This document shows positions 38,418-47,695 of a stretch of DNA of 64,000 nt, one piece after another. Source of the DNA: an uncultured Clostridia bacterium (lineage in GTDB: Bacteria; Bacillota; Clostridia; TANB77; CAG-508); contig CANRED010000001.1 in assembly GCA_947629555.1 (NCBI GenBank), positions 2,489-66,488 of the forward strand, written 5' to 3'. The notes under the pieces are model-generated. The model was not told the DNA's origin and searched no databases. It worked only from the letters and a program-made list of their open reading frames with translations. The translations under genes and the position numbers were made by a program. Each line of letters opens with the position of its first letter. Positions within the stretch are counted from its first letter, which is position 1.

Positions 38418-38606
38418 ATTTAGTTCCTTTCTCTTATTTATAAGTTAATATTTACATGTATTTTCTTTACTGCTAGGCAATTTTTTATTACTTTAAAAGT
38501 TATATTTTGTTTACTATGTGTTATTTTATATTATAAAATGATAAAATACAACAAAAAACGAAAAAATGTGACTTTTTATGATTAATATTAGAAGGATTGG
38601 TGAAGT

Positions 38607-38825
38607 ATGATTAGAATTAAATTATCTGATTTACTCGGAAAAAATAAAATGAATCAAAAAACGTTGGCTAATTTAACAAAAATCAGACCTGCTACTATTT
38701 CTAAAATGTATTATGAAGAAACTAAAAGATTAGACATAAGTCAACTTGATAGAATATGTAAAGCCTTTAACTGTGAAATATCTGATTTATTAGAATTTGT
38801 ACCTGATGAAAAGAAAAAATACTAA
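38607..38825 (+). CDS. XRE/Cro-type helix-turn-helix transcriptional regulator
   Basis: 72 aa. MNQKTLANLTKIRPATISKMYY...ICKAFNCEISDLLEF. Confidence 0.7.
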   Translation: MIRIKLSDLLGKNKMNQKTLANLTKIRPATISKMYYEETKRLDISQLDRICKAFNCEISDLLEFVPDEKKKY

Positions 38826-38860
38826 AATGTGTTATTTGATTTTATAGACATTATATAATT

Positions 38861-38887
38861 GGGTCGCTTGACCTAAGCGACCCCTAC
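38861..38887 (-). repeat. REP-like palindrome, family B
   Basis: GGGTCGCTTgacctAAGCGACCCCTAC. Confidence 0.65.
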
Positions 38888-38911
38888 ATAATAACATATG
38901 TTAATATAATT

Positions 38912-40159
38912 CTATATATCTGAAATTGTTTCATCTTTTATGTAATATTTTGTACCTAACATTTTATCTGGTAAATATTGTTGTTCAACTTGGTGCATTG
39001 GAAAATCGTGTGGATATTTATATCCTTCCCCATATCCTAAAGCACTCATTCCTTCTACTGGTGCATTTCTTATGTGCATTGGTATTTCTCCAGTATCTTT
39101 TGTTTGAACATCTTCTAAAGCTCTATTTATTCCCAAATACGTTGCATTTGATTTTTTTGATAACGCAACATAAGTTGCCGCTTCTGATAAAATTATTCTT
39201 GCCTCTGGCATTCCAATCATTGCGACACTTTGCATTGCAGCAGTTGCTACAACTAATGCATTTGGATTTGCAAGTCCAACATCTTCAGCTGCAGCTATCG
39301 CAATTCTTCTTGCAATAAATACTGGATCTTCTCCCCCATTTAAGGCTCTTGCTAGATAAAATATCGTTGCATCCGGGTCACTACCTCTCATTGATTTTAT
39401 GAAAGCACTAATATTATCATAATGACTATCTCCATTTTTATCGAAAATTGCCTTTCTTTGGCTTACACATTCTGATGCTATCTCATTGGTTATATTTATT
39501 ACTCCATTTTCATCAACAGGAGTAGTAAGAACAGCTACTTCTAATCCATTTAATGCAGTTCTAACATCTCCATTAGAAACCTCTGCAATTTTTTCTAATG
39601 TTTCGTCTGATATGTTTATATTATAAGTACCTAATCCTTCTTCTTTTACTAGTGCATTTTTTAATATTTTAAATACATCTTCTTTTTTTAATGGGTTTAA
39701 TTTTATTACCATTGATCTTGATATTAAAGCTTTATTTACTTCAAAATATGGATTTTCTGTAGTGGCGCCAATAAGAATAACCGTACCATCTTCAACATAA
39801 GGCAATAATACATCTTGTTGCAATTTATTAAATCTGTGAATTTCATCTATAAATAAAATACATCTTCCAGTTGGATTTAATAATAAATTTTTTGCATCTT
39901 CTATTGCATTTTTTATATCTGATATTCCTGATGTTACAGCATTTAATTTTACGAATTTACATTTCGTAGTTTGACTTATTACTTTTGCAAGTGATGTTTT
40001 GCCACATCCTGGAGGTCCAAATAGTATTATACTAGATAATCTATCTGCTTTTATTGTTCTATATAATATTGTATCTTTTCCTACAATTTCTTCTTGTCCT
40101 ACAAATTCATCCAAAGTTTTTGGTCTTACTCTGTAAGCTAATGGTTTTGATAAATCCAT
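38912..40159 (-). CDS. rarA: Replication-associated recombination protein A (AAA+ ATPase)
   Basis: RVRPKTLDEFVGQEEIVG...LFGPPGCGKTSLA...FIDEIHRFNK plus the MgsA C-terminal domain. Confidence 0.9.
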   Translation of the reverse strand: MDLSKPLAYRVRPKTLDEFVGQEEIVGKDTILYRTIKADRLSSIILFGPPGCGKTSLAKVISQTTKCKFVKLNAVTSGISDIKNAIEDAKNLLLNPTGRCILFIDEIHRFNKLQQDVLLPYVEDGTVILIGATTENPYFEVNKALISRSMVIKLNPLKKEDVFKILKNALVKEEGLGTYNINISDETLEKIAEVSNGDVRTALNGLEVAVLTTPVDENGVINITNEIASECVSQRKAIFDKNGDSHYDNISAFIKSMRGSDPDATIFYLARALNGGEDPVFIARRIAIAAAEDVGLANPNALVVATAAMQSVAMIGMPEARIILSEAATYVALSKKSNATYLGINRALEDVQTKDTGEIPMHIRNAPVEGMSALGYGEGYKYPHDFPMHQVEQQYLPDKMLGTKYYIKDETISDI

Positions 40160-40213
40160 ATAAATTCTCCTTTAAATTTAATGATAATATTAAAAATGAC
40201 TCTAAATATAATT

Positions 40214-40807
40214 TTATGATAATAATTTTAATGCCTGTTTAATTGCATCTTCTATTCCTATTGAATCTATATCCATTTTTTCTAATGCTTTATCAATTTC
40301 TTTTCTAGAATATCCTAATACTTGTAATGCTGCAATTATTTCACTATTTTTATTATCTTCTTTAATTGCAACTTTAACTTCTTCTGTTTCTGACATTGCC
40401 TGTTCTGTTTTTAGCTTGTCCTTCAATTCTAGCACAATTCTTGCTGCTGTTTTATTACCTATTCCTGGTATTTTTACTAATTTACTTACATCATTTGAAA
40501 TGATAGCCAAGGCAAAACTTGACGGTGTTATTTCAGATAGCATCGCTATTGCAGATTTTGCACCTATTCCACTAACAGATAATAGTAGTTCAAACATTCT
40601 TAATTCTTCATTAGTAGTAAAGCCATACAAACTAATATTATCTTCTCTTACATAATAATATGTATAAACCTTTACAGTATCTCCTATTTCTCCTAAACTC
40701 TCTATTGATTTTAACGACATAAATATTTTATATCCAATTCCTGAATTTTCTACTATAACATAATTATTAGCTTTAGTATCTAAATTACCTTTTATATATG
40801 CAAACAT
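40214..40807 (-). CDS. ruvA: Holliday junction branch migration complex subunit RuvA
   Basis: MFAYIKG...GIGYKIF..., HhH motifs LLSVSGIGAKSA and IPGIGNKTAARI. Confidence 0.9.
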   Translation of the reverse strand: MFAYIKGNLDTKANNYVIVENSGIGYKIFMSLKSIESLGEIGDTVKVYTYYYVREDNISLYGFTTNEELRMFELLLSVSGIGAKSAIAMLSEITPSSFALAIISNDVSKLVKIPGIGNKTAARIVLELKDKLKTEQAMSETEEVKVAIKEDNKNSEIIAALQVLGYSRKEIDKALEKMDIDSIGIEDAIKQALKLLS

Positions 40808-40978
40808 ATTGCCTCCTTAAACAAACAAATTTTCTTTTTTATTATTCTATCATAAATATATTTTTTTGCAAGCATTTTTTTGAATTTATACTGACAGTAA
40901 AACTTAATCTATGAGTTTCTGTAAAGTTAAACGTATAAATGCTATATTTATAGGCATAATAGGAAAGGTGATATTTAT

Positions 40979-41302
40979 ATGGCATTAGATTATAATATTA
41001 TTGGAGAAAGGCTAAAAAAGGCAAGACAAAGTAGGCATTTAACACAAGAAGCATTATCTGAGAAGTTAGATATGTCTGTTGCATTTTTAAGTAGAATTGA
41101 ATGTGGAAGTTCATTTATTAATTTAAAACGATTAGACCAAATATGTGAAATATTAGATGTGAGCAAAGGTTATATCTTAGAAGGTGCATCTGTTAATTCA
41201 AAAAATTATTTAAATAAAGAATTTTCTGAACTTTTATCTAATTGTCCACAAGATAAGTATAAACTTATTTATAACATAGCAAAAGTTATTATAGATGAAT
41301 AG
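40979..41302 (+). CDS. XRE-family helix-turn-helix transcriptional regulator
   Basis: IGERLKKARQSRHLTQEALSEKLDMSVAFLSRIECG. Confidence 0.7.
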   Translation: MALDYNIIGERLKKARQSRHLTQEALSEKLDMSVAFLSRIECGSSFINLKRLDQICEILDVSKGYILEGASVNSKNYLNKEFSELLSNCPQDKYKLIYNIAKVIIDE

Positions 41303-41420
41303 AAGAACAAAAATAAAATGGTAGGTTTTTAAGTCTGCCTTTTATTTTTTTGTCATATATATTTTTTTATTTACTATTTATATTATATATACTATAATTT
41401 TCATATATATTAAAAATGGA

Positions 41421-42287
41421 GTGATATTTACGGATAGATTTAAAAATACTAAATTTGCTGGAATACTTGGAATTTTCGGTAATTTATTTTTGCTTATAAT
41501 TAAAGGTTTTATTGGATTTGTTTCTGGAAGTCAAGCAATGATTGCAGATGCATTTAATAGTGCTTCTGATATTTTTGCTTCTCTTATGACTTTTATTGGT
41601 AATAAAATTGCAAGTGAACCTAATGATAATTCTCATAACTTTGGTCATGGAAAAGCTGAATATATTTTCTCTTTTTTAATTAGTTTATCTATGATTTTGA
41701 TATCTATAAAATTATTTATAGATTCTATTTTGTCAATTATTAACGCTAATCATCTAGAATTCTCCATTTGGTTGATTGTCGTTTGCGTAGTTACAATTAT
41801 AACTAAATTATTTTTATTCATTTATACAGCAAATTTAAATAAAAAGTATAACAATATTTTATTAAAAGCAAGCTATAAAGATCATAGAAATGATTGTATT
41901 ATTACTACTTTCACTTTAATTTCAATTTTGCTTACACTTGCTAATATATACTGGTTTGATGGAATAGTAGGAATTGGAATTTCTTTGTGGATTTTTTATA
42001 CTGGTTTTACAATATTTATAGAAAGTTATAATGTTTTAATGGATATCTCAGTTGACGAAAATACAAAAAAAATTATATTAGATTTAGCTAAAAATTATTC
42101 AGAAATAAAAGATATTTCTGAGTTATATTCTACTCCATCTGGTTATAAATATGTTATTATACTTACTATTTCTGTAGATGGTAATTTATCTACTTTCGAT
42201 AGTCATTCTATTGCAGATAGTTTAGAAAAAGATATTTTAAAATTAGAAAAAGTTTCCAATGCTATTATACATGTCAACCCAATTTAA
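41421..42287 (+). CDS. Cation diffusion facilitator family transporter
   Basis: GSQAMIADAFNSASD..., HGKAEY, six TM helices plus a cytoplasmic C-terminal domain. The start codon is uncertain (GTG 41421 has a poor SD). Confidence 0.8.
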   Translation: MIFTDRFKNTKFAGILGIFGNLFLLIIKGFIGFVSGSQAMIADAFNSASDIFASLMTFIGNKIASEPNDNSHNFGHGKAEYIFSFLISLSMILISIKLFIDSILSIINANHLEFSIWLIVVCVVTIITKLFLFIYTANLNKKYNNILLKASYKDHRNDCIITTFTLISILLTLANIYWFDGIVGIGISLWIFYTGFTIFIESYNVLMDISVDENTKKIILDLAKNYSEIKDISELYSTPSGYKYVIILTISVDGNLSTFDSHSIADSLEKDILKLEKVSNAIIHVNPI

Positions 42288-42315
42288 GAAAAGGCAAACT
42301 CATAGGTTTGCCTTT

Positions 42316-42663
42316 TTAACGACTTAGTTTATACAATGCATATTGATTTAAAGATACACCTTCTTGCTCTGCTTCTACTGCTAATTTATAATGTAACGAT
42401 TTTGGTATTCTTACAACAAATTTTCCGCTAAAATTATCATATCCAACTGGTAATGGTATATCAAACCCTCCTTCTAATTTTGCTTCAATCCACCCTTTCA
42501 TTGCATCTTTTATATTTTTATACGCTTCTTCAAAAGTTTCACCTGTACTTTGACATCCATCTAATTCTAAAATTCTAGCATAAAAGTATAAACCACTTTC
42601 ATCATTAATAGGTTGGATGATATAATTGTATGGTAAATTCAAATAATATTTTGTACCTTTCAC
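42316..42663 (-). CDS. hicB: HicB-family antitoxin
   Basis: 115 aa. N-terminal HicB fold (YFYARILELDGCQSTGETFEEA) and C-terminal RHH-like HYKLAVEAEQEGVSLNQYALYKL. AGGAGG SD before GTG. Confidence 0.8.
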   Translation of the reverse strand: MKGTKYYLNLPYNYIIQPINDESGLYFYARILELDGCQSTGETFEEAYKNIKDAMKGWIEAKLEGGFDIPLPVGYDNFSGKFVVRIPKSLHYKLAVEAEQEGVSLNQYALYKLSR

Positions 42664-42701
42664 AAATAAAACCTCCTAATTCCGCTTTTGATAATATTTT
42701 A

Positions 42702-42930
42702 TTATTCTCCTATTCTTTTAAGAACATCCTTTACATATACAGCCTTTAATGGATTATCTTCTTTTATTGTTATAACATTGCCGTTTTCATTTATAAATTG
42801 CCTATGAGATGTTCCGTTTCTTTGATTTCATTTTATAGCCATTGTACTCTAAAACTTTTACTAATTCTTGAAACCTAATTCCATTTGGCTGTCTTTTCAT
42901 TTTTAATATTAATTTTTCTATATCTGGCAT
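42702..42930 (-). CDS. hicA: HicA-family mRNA interferase toxin. An intact product needs a +1 shift at in-frame CGG 42816-42814. Both parts are below the ORF-track cut-off.
   Basis: GAGGGGAG SD lies 7 nt before ATG 42930. The 0 frame reads MPDIEKLILKMKRQPNGIRFQELVKVLEYNGYKMKSKK-CGG-NIS*. The +1 frame from GGA 42815 reads GTSHRQFINENGNVITIKEDNPLKAVYVKDVLKRIGE*, restoring the HicA G(S/T)SH core. The composite is 75 aa and sits directly upstream of hicB. Confidence 0.7.
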
Positions 42931-43194
42931 TTATATTCTCCCCTCAAAAAAATATATTATTACCAGATAAGTATTATTTAGATTAGTTTAATGATACTAT
43001 ATCTAGTACTAATTGTCAATGTTTTTTCATCAATTAACACAAAATTGTTTGGAATTATTTGACTGAAATGTCTGAAAAAATTTTTTGAATTAAAAAAAGC
43101 AGAATTAAAACTTTTCTGCCCCTTTAATAATTTATAATATATTATTTTATATTGTCAACAATTTTTCATCGACAAATTTCGATAGCAAATTCTA

Positions 43195-43241
43195 AAACAA
43201 AACGACATAGCTTGTATATTTACAAGTATGTCGTTTTGTTT
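43195..43241 (-). terminator. 15-bp-stem hairpin immediately after the clpC stop
   Basis: AAACAAAACGACATA...TATGTCGTTTTGTTT. Confidence 0.65.
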
Positions 43242-43245
43242 ATGC

Positions 43246-45711
43246 TTATTTTTTTACTTTAACTTTTACTTGAATTTGATCATCTTTTGCAGTTACTTTA
43301 GCCTTATCTCCTGGTTTTAGATTTCCATCTAAAATTTCTTCTGCTAGTTTATCTTCTACTATACTTTGAATAGCTCTTCTTAGTGGTCTTGCACCAAAGC
43401 TTGAATCTGTACCTTTTTTTATTATCAAGTCTTTTGCCAAAGTATCTACTTCTATTGTTATTCCTTGTTCTTCTAGTCTTTCTTTTACCTGTTTTAACAT
43501 TATATCTACAATTTCCTCTAAATCGTTTTTATTTAATTTATGGAAAACTATTACCTCATCTACACGATTTATAAATTCTGGTCTAAATTGTTTTTTTAAC
43601 TCTGATAAAACTTCTTTTTTTATTGACTCGTATTCTTTATCAAGCGATTCTTGCTCATCTATATTGCTACTTGTAAATCCTAAAGTTTTTTTGTCTGTAA
43701 TTAGCCTTGCTCCTACATTTGATGTCATTATTATAACAGTGTTTTTAAAATCAACTGTTCTTCCGTGTGAATCTGTAAGTCTACCATCTTCTAATATTTG
43801 TAATAGCATATTCATTACATCTGGATGTGCTTTTTCTATTTCATCAAAAAGTATTACAGAATATGGTTTTCTTCTAACTTTTTCTGTTAAGCCCCCTCCT
43901 TCATCAAAACCAACATATCCTGGAGGTGAACCTATCATTTTAGATGTTGAATGTGATTCCATATATTCAGACATATCAATTCTAATTATTGCATTTTCAT
44001 CCCCAAACAAACTCTCTGCTAATGCTTTTGATAACTCTGTTTTACCAACACCAGTTGGACCTAAAAATAGGAATGAACCTATTGGACGTTTTGGATCTTT
44101 TAATCCAACTCTTCCTCTTCTTATTGCTTTTGCAACTGCTGTTACTGCTTCGTTTTGTCCAACAACTCTTTCGTGTAAAGTTGATTCCAAATTTCTTAAT
44201 TTCTCATTTTCACTCTGATTAATTTTCTTTGCTGGAATTCCTGTCCACATAGCAATTACATCTGCAATATCTTCTGCAGTTATATTTATAATATTTTTTG
44301 TGTTTTTATCCTTCCATTTTGCCTTTTGCTTTTTCAATTCATCTTTTAAACTATGCTCTTTATCTCTCAAGCTAGCTGCTTTTTCGAAATCTTGAATTGT
44401 AATTGCTTCTTCTTTTTCTTTTTTAGTGTTGCTTAAACTTTCTTCTATCTTCTTTATATTTTCAGGCTCTGTATATGCTCTTAATCTTATTTTTGATGAT
44501 GCTTCGTCTATTAAATCTATTGCTTTATCTGGCAAAAATCTATCATTTATATATCTGCTTGAAAGATTTACCGCAGCATCTATTGCTTCATCCAAAATTT
44601 TTACATTGTGATGTGCTTCATATTTATCTCTTAAGCCTTTTAATATCTGTATGCTATCTTCTAAATTTGGCTCATTGACCGTAATTGGTTGGAATCTTCT
44701 TTCTAATGCAGAATCTTTTTCTATATATTTTCTATATTCATTTAAAGTGGTTGCACCTACTACTTGAATTTCTCCTCTTGCAAGTAACGGTTTTAAAATA
44801 TTTGCAGCATCTATTGCACCTTCAGCTGCACCTGCACCAACTATTGTATGAATTTCGTCAATGAATAAAATTACATCTCCTGCCTTTTTTACCTCGTTTA
44901 GTGATTTCTTTATTCTTTCTTCAAAATCTCCTCTATACTTTGCACCTGCCACCATTGACGATATATCTATTGTTACAACTCTCTTATTTTTTAGTGTTTC
45001 TGGTACATCACCAGAAATTATTTTTTGTGCTAACCCTTCTACTACTGCTGTTTTTCCAACACCAGGTTCACCAATTAAGCAAGGGTTATTTTTTGTTCTT
45101 CTTGATAAAATTTGTATTACTCTTTCTATTTCATCTTTTCTTCCTATTACCGGATCTAATTTTCCGCCTTCAGCAAGTTTTGTTAAATCACTTCCAAATT
45201 GATTTAATGTTGGTGTAGAATTATAACTTGTATTTGTTTTATTATTAGTTTCTGGCTCTGTTGTAGAATTATTGTCATACTCATTTACAACTTTTACAAT
45301 TTCGTTATATAGTTTTTGAGGATTAACTTCTAACTCTAACATTATTCTAACGGCAATGCTGTCTCCTTCTCTCATAATTCCTATTAATAAATGCTCTGTT
45401 CCTATATAATCTGATCCCATTTTTTTACTTTCTCTAAAAGCATTTTCCATTACTCTTTTTGTTCTTGGTGTAAAACCTACTGTACTTTCAGAAATTGTAT
45501 CTTCTCTACCTACAAGTTCTTCTATTTTTTCTATAACTGTGTCTGGTGTTACATTTTGTTTTTCCAATACTTTGCTTGCAACACCTCTTTCTTCTTTGGC
45601 TAGTCCATATAAAATGTGTTCTGTACCAACATAATTATGACCTAGTTCTAATGCAATATCGTTTGCAATTTCTATTACTCTTTCTGCACTATTCGTAAAT
45701 TTATACATCAT
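43246..45711 (-). CDS. clpC: ATP-dependent Clp protease ATP-binding subunit ClpC
   Basis: 821 aa. Clp_N repeats, two AAA+ modules (GEPGVGKTA and GPTGVGKTE), and a UVR-like middle motif. Confidence 0.95.
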   Translation of the reverse strand: MMYKFTNSAERVIEIANDIALELGHNYVGTEHILYGLAKEERGVASKVLEKQNVTPDTVIEKIEELVGREDTISESTVGFTPRTKRVMENAFRESKKMGSDYIGTEHLLIGIMREGDSIAVRIMLELEVNPQKLYNEIVKVVNEYDNNSTTEPETNNKTNTSYNSTPTLNQFGSDLTKLAEGGKLDPVIGRKDEIERVIQILSRRTKNNPCLIGEPGVGKTAVVEGLAQKIISGDVPETLKNKRVVTIDISSMVAGAKYRGDFEERIKKSLNEVKKAGDVILFIDEIHTIVGAGAAEGAIDAANILKPLLARGEIQVVGATTLNEYRKYIEKDSALERRFQPITVNEPNLEDSIQILKGLRDKYEAHHNVKILDEAIDAAVNLSSRYINDRFLPDKAIDLIDEASSKIRLRAYTEPENIKKIEESLSNTKKEKEEAITIQDFEKAASLRDKEHSLKDELKKQKAKWKDKNTKNIINITAEDIADVIAMWTGIPAKKINQSENEKLRNLESTLHERVVGQNEAVTAVAKAIRRGRVGLKDPKRPIGSFLFLGPTGVGKTELSKALAESLFGDENAIIRIDMSEYMESHSTSKMIGSPPGYVGFDEGGGLTEKVRRKPYSVILFDEIEKAHPDVMNMLLQILEDGRLTDSHGRTVDFKNTVIIMTSNVGARLITDKKTLGFTSSNIDEQESLDKEYESIKKEVLSELKKQFRPEFINRVDEVIVFHKLNKNDLEEIVDIMLKQVKERLEEQGITIEVDTLAKDLIIKKGTDSSFGARPLRRAIQSIVEDKLAEEILDGNLKPGDKAKVTAKDDQIQVKVKVKK

Positions 45712-45761
45712 TTTATCTCCTCCTCCTTTATTTTGTAATATTCAATATTCATTAATTTTGC

Positions 45762-45788
45762 GGGTCGCCTAAGGCCACCGACCCCTAC
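45762..45788 (-). repeat. REP-like palindrome, family B, inside the mcsB-clpC spacer
   Basis: GGGTCGCCtaaggccaCCGACCCCTAC. Confidence 0.6.
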
Positions 45789-45808
45789 AAGTCTTATTTT
45801 TATATACC

Positions 45809-45835
45809 GGAACGACGCCCCGGTCTGTTCCCTAC
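45809..45835 (-). repeat. REP-like palindrome, family A (degenerate arm), inside the mcsB-clpC spacer
   Basis: GGAACGACGccccgGTCTGTTCCCTAC. Confidence 0.6.
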
Positions 45836-45845
45836 ATGTTTGCAA

Positions 45846-46862
45846 TTATTCATTTATTATTTTCTTTATTACTTCTGCTCTTTTTATATCTCGAGTATAT
45901 TCATCACATACCTCTCCTATATATTTTTGCAAATTGGATGGCATTGTGTATAGTTCTAGTTCATTTACTTTTAAATCTGTAAGTTCTTTTATTATTCCTA
46001 AATCTGTTCCTAATTTTATGTCTGATAATAAATTATTACACTCTTCTGATGATATTTTTTTGCAATTTGATAAAACTCCAAAAGCTCTGTAAACTCTATC
46101 CTCTAAATCTATACTATTTTTAGTTAAATATTTTCTTGCAAGTCTTTCTTGTTCTATTATTTTTTCTGTAATTAGTTTTAAATTTTTTATAATTTCTGTT
46201 TCTGATATTCCTAAAGTTTGCTTATTAGAAACTTGATACATATTTCCTTTTGTTTTTGTTCCTTCTCCATATATTCCTCTTATGTTCATTCCAAAATCAC
46301 TTACAACTTCTAATACTTTATTTATATTTCTAGTCATAGTTAATGCTGGTAAATGCACCATAACAGATGCTCTAAGTCCCGTTCCAACGTTAGTTGGACA
46401 ACTTGTTAAAAATCCGTATTTATCATTATATGCGTAGTTTAATTCATTTTCTAATTTCTTATCTAATTCCATAATTAAATTAAGCAAACTTTCTAGTTCT
46501 AAACCTGCTGAAAATACTTGTATTCTTAAATGATCTTCTTCATTAATCATTATACATATATTTTCATCTTCGTTTATTGCAATGGCTCTTATATCTTTTT
46601 TATTTAATGCAAAATCTGGACTTATAATATGCTTTTCTATAAGACTCATTACTGTAATATCATCAATATCCTTCATTTTTAATAATTTCAGTCCATATCC
46701 TATACTTGGTAATATTTCTTCTAGTTTATTTATTATTTTTAAAGCATCTTCCTTTTTATATTTTGTTGTAAATGGATAATCATTTATATTCCTTGCTAAT
46801 CTAATTCTACTACTTACTACTATGTCTGATTCCTTTCCACTTTGTAAATACCAATTTACCAT
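45846..46862 (-). CDS. mcsB: Protein arginine kinase
   Basis: 338 aa. SDIVVSSRIRLARNI, ...EEDHLRIQ..., ...CPTNVGTGLRASV (guanidino kinase signature). Confidence 0.9.
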   Translation of the reverse strand: MVNWYLQSGKESDIVVSSRIRLARNINDYPFTTKYKKEDALKIINKLEEILPSIGYGLKLLKMKDIDDITVMSLIEKHIISPDFALNKKDIRAIAINEDENICIMINEEDHLRIQVFSAGLELESLLNLIMELDKKLENELNYAYNDKYGFLTSCPTNVGTGLRASVMVHLPALTMTRNINKVLEVVSDFGMNIRGIYGEGTKTKGNMYQVSNKQTLGISETEIIKNLKLITEKIIEQERLARKYLTKNSIDLEDRVYRAFGVLSNCKKISSEECNNLLSDIKLGTDLGIIKELTDLKVNELELYTMPSNLQKYIGEVCDEYTRDIKRAEVIKKIINE

Positions 46863-47069
46863 ATATATTCTTCCTTTCTATTTAACGTATATTTTTTGGA
46901 GACAGGACTTTGTTGGTCTGCTCCCGATATTTTTTCAATTACTAATTTTATTTGTATATAGTTTGAAAAAGAATTGGTATAGTGCTAGGCATTTTAAATT
47001 AAAAAAGCGGAGATGTACATTTTGTACATTGAGCATTTTTTGATTTAAAATAACGACGCAATATGCTGA

Positions 47070-47621
47070 TTATTTTTCAAACTTTTCAAGTTCTTTGATC
47101 TTATCTCTTAATACAGCTGCTTCTTCATATTTTTCTTCTTTAATTAATCTTTTTAATTCCTTCTTTAATTCTACTAAATTGTCGTCTTTTTCATCTTTAA
47201 TTTCTTCCACATCATTTTTCTGAATTTTTTCTTTTACTTTAGAAGTTTTACCTTTTCTACCTAAATATTTACTTTCTCCATGTATTCTTTTTAAAATTGG
47301 TTCTATTCTTGAATCAAATACATCATAGCAATTACTGCAACCAAATTTTCCTTCTTTTACAAATTCATCATATGTCATTCCACAATTATCACACTCTAAT
47401 TGTTTTGGTTTTGTAAGCATAGGAAATAACGTAGAATCGTCATATTCATTTAAGAAATCTCCAAAAAAGCTAGAAAAGTTTATTGGTATATTAAAGTCTA
47501 ATCCTTGAATTCCTAATTTTTTTCTACATTCATCACATAGTGCAATTTCTTTTTTTACTCCATTTATAATTTCTGTATATCTAAAATTAGCTTCATTTTC
47601 ACCACAATTTTGACATTTCAT
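47070..47621 (-). CDS. mcsA: McsA, activator of protein arginine kinase (UVR domain protein)
   Basis: CxxC zinc-finger pairs (MKCQNCGENEA...CDEC, CDNCG...CSNCY) and C-terminal UVR motif EKYEEAAVLRDKIKELE. Confidence 0.85.
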   Translation of the reverse strand: MKCQNCGENEANFRYTEIINGVKKEIALCDECRKKLGIQGLDFNIPINFSSFFGDFLNEYDDSTLFPMLTKPKQLECDNCGMTYDEFVKEGKFGCSNCYDVFDSRIEPILKRIHGESKYLGRKGKTSKVKEKIQKNDVEEIKDEKDDNLVELKKELKRLIKEEKYEEAAVLRDKIKELEKFEK

Positions 47622-47695
47622 AAAAATTACCTCCTTTAAAAATTAAAAATTTCTATATTCTTTAATATTAATTTGTATGCAAGATGTTATTTTAC

